A stretch of DNA of 64,000 bases from Cytophagales bacterium (GTDB lineage Bacteria; Bacteroidota; Bacteroidia; Cytophagales; Cyclobacteriaceae). Location: positions 4,063-68,062 of the forward strand of contig JANYHI010000034.1 of NCBI GenBank assembly GCA_025359125.1. Reading direction: 5' to 3'. The notes below the pieces were generated by a model that saw nothing but the letters and a program-made list of their open reading frames with translations, did no database searches and was not told the origin of the DNA. Both the position numbers and the translations under genes were made by a program. The number at the start of each line of letters is the position of its first letter. Position 1 is the first letter of the stretch. Of the stretch, positions 29,445-37,486 are shown one piece after another.

Positions 29445-30602
29445 TTATAAGTTATATATTTTATCAATACTATGTTTTGAATAACCTGCCGATGTTGTCA
29501 TTCCTTTTCCGCCAATAGCCGTGCGAATATGAATTTTATTTTCTAGATCAATTTCAACAATATCTTTTTCACTATGTTGGGCATAAAATCCTGACCAACT
29601 TGTTGCCACACGATTTACCTCAAAGTTTACAATTCTGCCGGCCTCTTGTAGTATCAGTTGATTGATGTATTCATTCTGCAAAAACCCTAAATCTTCAGCT
29701 TGTTGCGCACTCGCATACTCGTGCGAATCGCCAATGATAATGGAGCCGTCAATTGCTTTTTTAAATAAAATGTGAATTCCCCATTTCTTTAACTCTTGCA
29801 AATGCGCTGGCGTTTTTATTTTTGGAAATGATTTACACTCTTCAAATGATTCGTATCTACGAATTGTAAGCCCTGTTAAAATATTTCCTTCCAACGCCAC
29901 GTTTGGCATGGCTACCGTTCTCAGCATGTGTAGTTTGCTAACCACTATTCCACTTTCGCTGAAAAGATTATTAAATAAGAGTTTAAATTCAGTACCACTG
30001 CAAATAATCGCTTTATCTGCTGTAAATTTTTCATGAAGGTGGCTGGTAACAATCACCTTTTCGCCTGCCACTTCGCAGCCAACAATTGCTGTATCAAATT
30101 GAATGGTAATGTTTTTATATTTTTTTAGTAAGTATTGGTGAAGTCGAAAAATTAATTTTTCTGGTTCAGCACTTAACTCTTGCGGAAAATAGAGTGCTTC
30201 TTTGCAGTATTCGCTTTTTAAAGAGGGCCATTTATTTATGCACTGGTTGGTAGTAAGAAGTTCAGCTTCATAACCTCGCCCATCCATAATTGTCTTTAAC
30301 TCGTGAATTAATTGTTGCTCATCAAGATCGGAGGCAATATAAACGCTGCCATTATTTCTTATGGAAATATCAAATTCAGATTGAATAGAGTTGTACAGTT
30401 CGTTACCGCTAGCGCCATATCCAAACCAATTAGTACTCATCCCCGAAGGAACGATTTGCCCGAAATTCCTAACCGATGCTTGCATTGGAAAGCGATCCTT
30501 TTCTAGCAGCAAAACTTTTTTATTCAGCTTGGCGGCATGATAGGCATGAAACGTACCGAGAATTCCGGCTCCTACAATAAGTAGATCAAAATGTTTGTTC
30601 AT
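29445..30602 (-). CDS. FAD-dependent (DAO-family) oxidoreductase, TIGR03364-like phosphonate-associated clade
   Basis: FDLLIVGAGILGTFHAY Rossmann motif and ASVRNFGQ motif. Context includes a PhnX-like hydrolase. Confidence 0.75.
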   Translation of the reverse strand: MNKHFDLLIVGAGILGTFHAYHAAKLNKKVLLLEKDRFPMQASVRNFGQIVPSGMSTNWFGYGASGNELYNSIQSEFDISIRNNGSVYIASDLDEQQLIHELKTIMDGRGYEAELLTTNQCINKWPSLKSEYCKEALYFPQELSAEPEKLIFRLHQYLLKKYKNITIQFDTAIVGCEVAGEKVIVTSHLHEKFTADKAIICSGTEFKLLFNNLFSESGIVVSKLHMLRTVAMPNVALEGNILTGLTIRRYESFEECKSFPKIKTPAHLQELKKWGIHILFKKAIDGSIIIGDSHEYASAQQAEDLGFLQNEYINQLILQEAGRIVNFEVNRVATSWSGFYAQHSEKDIVEIDLENKIHIRTAIGGKGMTTSAGYSKHSIDKIYNL

Positions 30603-30646
30603 TAGACTTTATATTGTTAGTTGATAAACAATTATTTTTTTAATAT

Positions 30647-31222
30647 CTATTTTATGGTGAGAAAATAAAAAACAAGCATGATCACTTTTCGTTTTGATAG
30701 GTTGACAGGATAATGTGGTTTAGAAGCGTCAAAATAAATGGAATCGCCCTCGCGCAAAGTTATTTTTTCATCTTCAATATAATAGTCACAATCACCAGCA
30801 ATTATATGTTTGAATTCAAAACCATCTGTTGTGGTAGGCTTACTTTTAGCTTTGGGTTTTATGGTTAATAAAACAGTTTCCATTGTGCAACCCGGTATGG
30901 TTTGAGAGAAAATAGATAGGTAGTCAAATCCGGGTCTGTCTTCTTTTTTTAGGTGCCGGTAATCTTTTCTTTTAATGTGGAAGTATGTTTGATTTTTTCG
31001 CACGGATAGGGTCTCGAAAAAATCAGTTGGTTTAATCTCTAATGCCGCCAGTAAAGTTAAAAATACAGGAAGCGAAGGAACTGTTCTAGAGTTTTCAATT
31101 TTTGAAAGTAGGCCTTTGGTTAAGTTAGTTCGCTCACTCAACATTTGTAGTGTAACTCCCCGCTCTATTCGCAGTGCCTTAATTCTTTTTGCCATCTGGC
31201 CAATAAGTTCTTCTTGTATCAT
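30647..31222 (-). CDS. XRE-family HTH regulator with C-terminal cupin domain
   Basis: HTH region VTLQMLSERTNLTKGLLSKIENSRTVPSL, followed by a beta-rich cupin-like C-terminus. First gene of the minus-strand operon. Confidence 0.8.
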   Translation of the reverse strand: MIQEELIGQMAKRIKALRIERGVTLQMLSERTNLTKGLLSKIENSRTVPSLPVFLTLLAALEIKPTDFFETLSVRKNQTYFHIKRKDYRHLKKEDRPGFDYLSIFSQTIPGCTMETVLLTIKPKAKSKPTTTDGFEFKHIIAGDCDYYIEDEKITLREGDSIYFDASKPHYPVNLSKRKVIMLVFYFLTIK

Positions 31223-31472
31223 TCAACGGGGTTTACTATTTGTCAACTTTTGGTTGAGCAGGCAAGCTACATGGCAATTGTTAACGTATTGTTATTTCAA
31301 ACTTATGTTTTATGCTACTAAATTCTATGATTTCTTTAGAAGAGTTTATGGCAGCATTACCATTATTTTTTTAACGCAGCTAATCTTAACCGATCGTTAA
31401 CCTGCATCTAAACTCCACGTCAACTCTTTCCTCAATCTTTGGGCAAGTGAAAAACTAAACCTAAAAACTATT

Positions 31473-34400
31473 ATGCGTGAAACTTTACTAACCCAAAACA
31501 GCAAGCCGAAATTGATTTTGCAAATCATCTTCGCTTTGTTGGTAAGCTTGGCAGGCACAACCGCCATGGCGCAGTATTCAGTATCCGGCAAAGTAACTTC
31601 CGGAGAAGATCAAAGTCCATTGCCAGGTGTGAATATCTTGGTTAAAGGAACTTCTAACGGCACCATTTCTGATGCGAATGGTTCGTTTGCAATTAATACC
31701 AACTCTGCGTCTGATATATTAATTTTTTCTTTTGTTGGTTTCACCACACAAGAAGTAGCTATTAATAATCGCTCTTCATTAGACGTGGTATTGGCTTCCG
31801 ATGCCAAGCAGTTAAGCGAAGTGGTGGTGACTGCCTTGGGTATTGAAAAAGACAAAGGAAAAATAGGCTATGCAATACAAGAGGTGAAGGGTCAAGATTT
31901 GACAAAAGCACGTGAGCCAAATGCTATTAATTCATTGGCTGGCAAGGTCGCTGGCTTAAACATTGGCGCTTCTTCTGAAATTTTAGGGTCACCAAATATT
32001 TCGTTGCGAGGCAGGACCCCCTTTTTTGTAGTTGATGGGGTTCCATTGGTTTCAGATACATGGAATATCAGCCCTGATGATATTGAAAGTTACACTGTAT
32101 TGAAAGGTCCAGCTGCTGCCGCTCTGTACGGGTCTCGAGGTATTGATGGTGCAATTATTATTACTACCAAACGAGGTTCAAAAGATAAGCGTGGGTTTAG
32201 TATTGATTATAATTCTTCCACGATGGCTGAGAACACTTTCTTGACAATACCAAAAGTACAAGATGAATATGGCCCTGGGGACCATGGACGTTATGCATAT
32301 AAGGACGGCAAGACCGGACTGAATGATGCTGACTATGATGTTTGGGGACCTAAGTTTAACGGCCAATTGCTTCCTCAATATGACGGAGAGTACACACCTG
32401 GCACTTCATATACCACCACCTTTCCAAGTGGGGGAGTACCTTGGGTCGGTAACATCAAACCCACACCTTGGATTGCGCGTGGTAAGGATAATCTCAATCG
32501 GTTTTTGGAAGCCGGATTACTTTCAACAAACAACGTGGCTATTTCGGCTAGTGGAGATAAGTATGATCTACGGTTTTCATATACTCACACCTATCAGAAA
32601 GGACAAGTTCCTAATACGAAGTTAAATAGCGATAACTTTAATTTATCTGCCGGATTTGATTTTTCAGACAAAGTTCGGTTAGAGTCGAATATCAACTACA
32701 ACCGCCAATACACGCCCAATATTCCGGACGTACAATATGGGCCGAACAGTATGATTTATAATATCACTATTTGGGGTGCTGCAGACTGGAACATTGACGA
32801 CATGAAAGACTACTGGGAGAAAGGCAAAGAAGGCATACAACAAAAATATGAGGAACATACACGGTACAACAATCCCTACTTTTTAACGCAGGAATGGTTG
32901 CGAGGCCATAACAAAACTGACATTTATGGAAACCTTGCCCTTAAGTACAAGGTTACAAAAGACTTGGAATTAATGGCACGTACTTCAGTTACTACTTACG
33001 ATATATTAAGAAGTGAAAAATTCCCTTACTCTGCTACCGTTTATGGACGTGAGCAAGCAAAGGGCGATTACCGGGAAGATCGCAGGAATTTGTTCGAGAA
33101 CAACACCGATGTATTGGCCACATATAATAAAAAATTGACCCCGGATATTTCGCTCACTGCATCAGCGGGTGGTAATATCCGTACCTATGATTATCAATCT
33201 GCGTTCATCACAACAGACTACTTGAATGTTCCGGCATCATCGCTTACCCCAGGAGCATATTCGTTTGATAATTCATTGAATCCAATCAAAGCTTATAATT
33301 ATAACGCACCCATGTCAGTATTAAGTGCTTACTGGTTTGTGGATGCCTCGTACAAAAACTGGATCAATCTTTCTTTGACAGGGCGTTGGGATAAAAATTC
33401 AACCCTGCCAGCAGCGAAGAATTTAGGTTTCTATCCTTCTGCCTCGCTTAGTTTGGTTCTCTCTGAGGCATTAAAATTGCCAAAAGTAATTTCGTCTTTA
33501 AAGGTGCGCAGTTCATATGCACAAGTTAATAAGGGAAATACCTTCTCAAATATCGGCCCCACACCGAGTGCTTCTTTTCCGCTAGGATATGGTTCGACCT
33601 ATAATTCCCCTTATGATGGTCCGGACTATTCCAATTCTGCTGTGTATAGTACTCCTTTGGTGTATGATAATAAGCCAGGGGCGTATTATCCAAATACACT
33701 TACCAACAGCAATCTTAATACCTATCAGACAACAGGTACCGAACTCGGTTTAGACGTTCGTTTCTTATCGAATCGGATTGGATTAGATGTTACATACTTT
33801 AACAACATTGACGGTCCACGTATTTCTGCACAAGCATTACCTTCTTCAACAGGTTACAACGGCTATTTAACCAATGGTGAAAAAACCCAACGTGAGGGTG
33901 TGGAGATCACCATCAACGCAAGACCTGTCGACAAGGGAGATTTCAAATGGAATGTTCTGCTCAACTGGTCTACGTTCAAAGAAACCTGGAAGGAATTTGC
34001 ACCTGGGCAAACTCAAAAAGGGTTCTATAAGATCGGAGATCGTGTGGATGGTTACTACGCTGGCGCATTTTACAAAACACCTGATGGAAAGCTGATCAAT
34101 GATGCAGGAGGCAGGCCCATTCGCACTAACGTTGCTCAATTCCTTGGCAACCTTAATCCTGATTGGTCATGGGGTATCACCAATAAATTCACTTATAAGA
34201 ATTGGGGATTAACGGTGCAGTTTGATGGCCGTGTGGGTGGATCTATTGTTAACTACATCCAGCGTCAAACATTCCGCGGTGGACGGCATATAGAAACTGT
34301 TCAAGGAGCAATGGGCATTGCCCGGGCGCAAGATGAGCAAGGGATAAAGTCTTGGGTTGGTCAAGGCGTTGTAATTAGTAACGGACAGAGCATCAAGTAT

Positions 34401-34754
34401 GACCCTGTGACCGGTGCCATCACTAATTACAGCGAACTTCAATTTGCGCCAAATACAACAGCCACATTTTTGCAGGATTACATCAGTCGCTACTATGCAG
34501 CCGAGGAAGCAAACCTCATGAGTCGCAGCTACGCAAAACTCCGCGAAGTAACACTTTCCTATAATGTTCCTATTGGTTTATTGAAAAGCTCCTTCATAAG
34601 AGCGGCCTCTGTGTCGCTAGTTGGTAGAAACCTACTTTACTTTGCAGATAAGAGTGATATGGACATTGATCAGTTTGTTGCCCCTGATGGTTACGCCAGT
34701 CTGCAATCTCCTTCTTTAAGACGTTATGGGTTTAACATTAACCTCACTTTTTAA
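31473..34754 (+). CDS. SusC/RagA-family TonB-dependent outer-membrane transporter
   Basis: Signal peptide, carboxypeptidase-regulatory-like domain (YSVSGKVTSGEDQSPLPGVNILVKGTSNGTISDANGSF), plug, 1093 aa, C-terminal ...YGFNINLTF. A SusD-like gene follows 10 nt later. Confidence 0.9.
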   Translation: MRETLLTQNSKPKLILQIIFALLVSLAGTTAMAQYSVSGKVTSGEDQSPLPGVNILVKGTSNGTISDANGSFAINTNSASDILIFSFVGFTTQEVAINNRSSLDVVLASDAKQLSEVVVTALGIEKDKGKIGYAIQEVKGQDLTKAREPNAINSLAGKVAGLNIGASSEILGSPNISLRGRTPFFVVDGVPLVSDTWNISPDDIESYTVLKGPAAAALYGSRGIDGAIIITTKRGSKDKRGFSIDYNSSTMAENTFLTIPKVQDEYGPGDHGRYAYKDGKTGLNDADYDVWGPKFNGQLLPQYDGEYTPGTSYTTTFPSGGVPWVGNIKPTPWIARGKDNLNRFLEAGLLSTNNVAISASGDKYDLRFSYTHTYQKGQVPNTKLNSDNFNLSAGFDFSDKVRLESNINYNRQYTPNIPDVQYGPNSMIYNITIWGAADWNIDDMKDYWEKGKEGIQQKYEEHTRYNNPYFLTQEWLRGHNKTDIYGNLALKYKVTKDLELMARTSVTTYDILRSEKFPYSATVYGREQAKGDYREDRRNLFENNTDVLATYNKKLTPDISLTASAGGNIRTYDYQSAFITTDYLNVPASSLTPGAYSFDNSLNPIKAYNYNAPMSVLSAYWFVDASYKNWINLSLTGRWDKNSTLPAAKNLGFYPSASLSLVLSEALKLPKVISSLKVRSSYAQVNKGNTFSNIGPTPSASFPLGYGSTYNSPYDGPDYSNSAVYSTPLVYDNKPGAYYPNTLTNSNLNTYQTTGTELGLDVRFLSNRIGLDVTYFNNIDGPRISAQALPSSTGYNGYLTNGEKTQREGVEITINARPVDKGDFKWNVLLNWSTFKETWKEFAPGQTQKGFYKIGDRVDGYYAGAFYKTPDGKLINDAGGRPIRTNVAQFLGNLNPDWSWGITNKFTYKNWGLTVQFDGRVGGSIVNYIQRQTFRGGRHIETVQGAMGIARAQDEQGIKSWVGQGVVISNGQSIKYDPVTGAITNYSELQFAPNTTATFLQDYISRYYAAEEANLMSRSYAKLREVTLSYNVPIGLLKSSFIRAASVSLVGRNLLYFADKSDMDIDQFVAPDGYASLQSPSLRRYGFNINLTF

Positions 34755-34764
34755 TCATTAGAGT

Positions 34765-36303
34765 ATGAAAAATTTAATAAAACCTATACTAATTATTTTA
34801 CTTGCATTCGGCACCTATGGCTGCCGTGATTTCGATGTATTGCCTAATAATCCAAATCGCCCAGCGGCTGTTCCGCCTTCATTAATTCTTCGGGGGATAG
34901 AAAGCGATCTAAATCAAGGCCCTTGGAGTTTGGAACACCGCCAAAACCAATTTTGGTGCTGCAACTACAACTACTACGGAACTAACGAGTATTGGGTAAA
35001 AGCAGACTTGAATTTTCTCACGCTGAAAAATGTGCTGAAAATGGAAGAAGCCGCTAAGGCAAGTTCAAAAGCGACACCCTATGGTGCGCTTGCGAAATAT
35101 TTTAAGGCGGTTTTTTACGCCCGAATGACCCAGAAAGTAGGCGACCTTCCTTTGACGGATGCGTTGAAAGGGCTAGACAAAAAAGATCCAGCTTACAATA
35201 CTCAAAAGGAGGTCTATATTCAGATTCTAAAATGGTTGAATGAATCAAATGCAGACCTTAAGGCTTTGATTGCTAGCAATGATATCTCGTTGGATGGTGA
35301 TTTTTTGTATGGAAATAACTTGACTGCGTGGCGCAAAGCGGTGAATACATTTACGCTGCGTACACTTATTAGCTTAAGTAAGAAAGACGCTGATCCGGAT
35401 TTGAACATCAAAACAAAGTTTGCTGCAATTATCAACAATCCAGCGGAGTATCCGATCATGACTTCGAACAGCGATAACATGAACTATGTTTATAATGGTA
35501 CAACGCAACTCTATCCAACTAATCCAGGCAACAAAGGATTTGATAAAGGACGTTATAATATGGCTGAAACATATGTGAAGGGACTAACTACATTGAACGA
35601 TCCGCGCGTATTTGTAGTGTGCAATCCTGCGAAAGCCAAATTAGCAAGCGGTCTTTCAGGAACCGATTTTGCTGCTTACGTTGGAGCGCCTGCTGGACAG
35701 AGCCTAGACGATATGTCTTCCCAAGCTGGATTAGGTAATTTTTCTTATTCCAACCAGAAAAGATATTATGGTTCCTTAGCTGGCCCTGAGCCTAGTGTTC
35801 TATTGTCATACTCGGAACTATGTTTCAATATTGCTGAGGGTATCAACCGTGGATGGGCAGCCGGAAACGCAGATACTTACTATCAAAATGGTATTAAAGC
35901 ATCCATGTCATTTTATGGAATTACGGATGGAGCTTCGATCACTGTAACTAATCAAGACGAAGTAGCTATTGGTACAGTAACGGCATCAGTAACAAATTAT
36001 TTAGCCCAACCCTCAGTAGCTTATGCAGGAAACAATGCTGCTGGACTAAATCAAATACTTACCCAGAAATATCTGGCATTTTTTCAAAACTCAGGCCAAG
36101 AAGCATATTTCAACTACCGCAGAACAGGCGTGCCGGCTTTTAATGCAGGGCCTGGTACTGGAAATACCGGAGTAATCCCAAGACGTTGGTTGTACCCGTC
36201 TGATGAATCGTTTTACAACGTAACCAATTTAAATGCTGCGTTGAACAACCAGTTTGGTTCAACGGTCGATGATGTAAACAAAGATCTCTGGATCGTCAAA
36301 TAA
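34765..36303 (+). CDS. SusD/RagB-family outer-membrane lipoprotein
   Basis: Lipoprotein signal (LLAFGTYGC). 512 aa. Lies immediately downstream of SusC. Confidence 0.8.
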   Translation: MKNLIKPILIILLAFGTYGCRDFDVLPNNPNRPAAVPPSLILRGIESDLNQGPWSLEHRQNQFWCCNYNYYGTNEYWVKADLNFLTLKNVLKMEEAAKASSKATPYGALAKYFKAVFYARMTQKVGDLPLTDALKGLDKKDPAYNTQKEVYIQILKWLNESNADLKALIASNDISLDGDFLYGNNLTAWRKAVNTFTLRTLISLSKKDADPDLNIKTKFAAIINNPAEYPIMTSNSDNMNYVYNGTTQLYPTNPGNKGFDKGRYNMAETYVKGLTTLNDPRVFVVCNPAKAKLASGLSGTDFAAYVGAPAGQSLDDMSSQAGLGNFSYSNQKRYYGSLAGPEPSVLLSYSELCFNIAEGINRGWAAGNADTYYQNGIKASMSFYGITDGASITVTNQDEVAIGTVTASVTNYLAQPSVAYAGNNAAGLNQILTQKYLAFFQNSGQEAYFNYRRTGVPAFNAGPGTGNTGVIPRRWLYPSDESFYNVTNLNAALNNQFGSTVDDVNKDLWIVK

Positions 36304-36330
36304 ATTTTCGCCTAGTGTTTTTAATCAATT

Positions 36331-36360
36331 ATCCGGGGCCTTGTTGCCCCGGATTTTTTT
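36331..36360 (+). terminator. Rho-independent terminator after the SusC/SusD pair
   Basis: Perfect 9-bp stem atccggggc / gccccggat (36331-36339 / 36346-36354) with a 6-nt loop and a T-run through 36360. Confidence 0.8.
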
Positions 36361-36366
36361 AATCGA

Positions 36367-37458
36367 ATGAATATGAAAATAAAACTTATCATTTTCTTCT
36401 CAATCATTTCTTGGTCATTGTCTCAGGCGCAAAAAGCCAAAACCGAAAATGTAATTCTCATAACCTTAGATGGCATGCGCTGGCAAGAAGTTTTTAATGG
36501 AGCGGAGAAAAGATTGATGACTAAAAAATTTGTACAAGATTCTGCCGCCTTGTCAAATGCATTTTGGAACGAATCCTCAGTGGTTAGAAGAGAAAAACTA
36601 ATGCCCTTCTTCTGGAATACCATTGCCAAACAAGGCCAATTGTATGGGAATAGACACCTTGGAAATAAAGTAAATACATCCAATAAAATGTGGTTTTCTT
36701 ATCCTGGCTATAATGAAATCTTATGCGGATTTGCTGATGATGAAAGAATTAACAGTAATGACCCCACCGATAATCCAAATAAAAATATTTTAGAATTTCT
36801 GCAGGCGCAGAAAGAATTTTCTGGCAAGGTTGCCGCATTTACTTCTTGGGAAACTTTCCCATGTATAATCAATACCAAACGAAGTGGTGTGCCGGTAAAT
36901 GCCGGATTGATGAAAGCTGAAAAAAACCCTACCGAATCAGAAAAATTATTGAATGAGTTGATGTTTCAGCAACCGAATATTACGGGTGGCACTCGCGTGG
37001 ATGCATTGACATTTTATTGCGGGTTGGAGTATTTGAAGAAAAATAAACCCCGCGTACTGTTTTTTTCCTTTGATGAAACAGACCACTGGGCGCATGAAGG
37101 AGAATATGATAAATATCTTCGAGCGGCCAATTACACAGACGAGTTTATTAAAATACTTTGGAGTTGGCTTCAATCGCAACCTAAATACAAGAATAAAACT
37201 ACACTTGTCATTACTACCGATCATGGTCGAGGAAATGTGAATGACACGGACTGGCGCCACCACGGAAGCAAAATGCTTTTTGCGGATGAAATCTGGTTTG
37301 CATTTTTAGGGCCCGATACCCGCGCCATGGGCGAAGTAAGCGTACAGCAACAACTCTATCAAAGTCAGATAGCGCAGACCATCGCAACACTTTTAAAAGT
37401 AAATTACATAGGCAATAAACCAACAGGCGAAAGGGTGTCAACGGCTATTATCAAATAA
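36367..37458 (+). CDS. Secreted alkaline-phosphatase-superfamily phosphoesterase (NPP/phosphodiesterase-like)
   Basis: Signal peptide. Metal-ligand motifs ITLDGMRW, DETDHWAHEG and TTDHGRG. Confidence 0.7.
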   Translation: MNMKIKLIIFFSIISWSLSQAQKAKTENVILITLDGMRWQEVFNGAEKRLMTKKFVQDSAALSNAFWNESSVVRREKLMPFFWNTIAKQGQLYGNRHLGNKVNTSNKMWFSYPGYNEILCGFADDERINSNDPTDNPNKNILEFLQAQKEFSGKVAAFTSWETFPCIINTKRSGVPVNAGLMKAEKNPTESEKLLNELMFQQPNITGGTRVDALTFYCGLEYLKKNKPRVLFFSFDETDHWAHEGEYDKYLRAANYTDEFIKILWSWLQSQPKYKNKTTLVITTDHGRGNVNDTDWRHHGSKMLFADEIWFAFLGPDTRAMGEVSVQQQLYQSQIAQTIATLLKVNYIGNKPTGERVSTAIIK

Positions 37459-37486
37459 TACCATCTAATATTAAATATATAAAATA

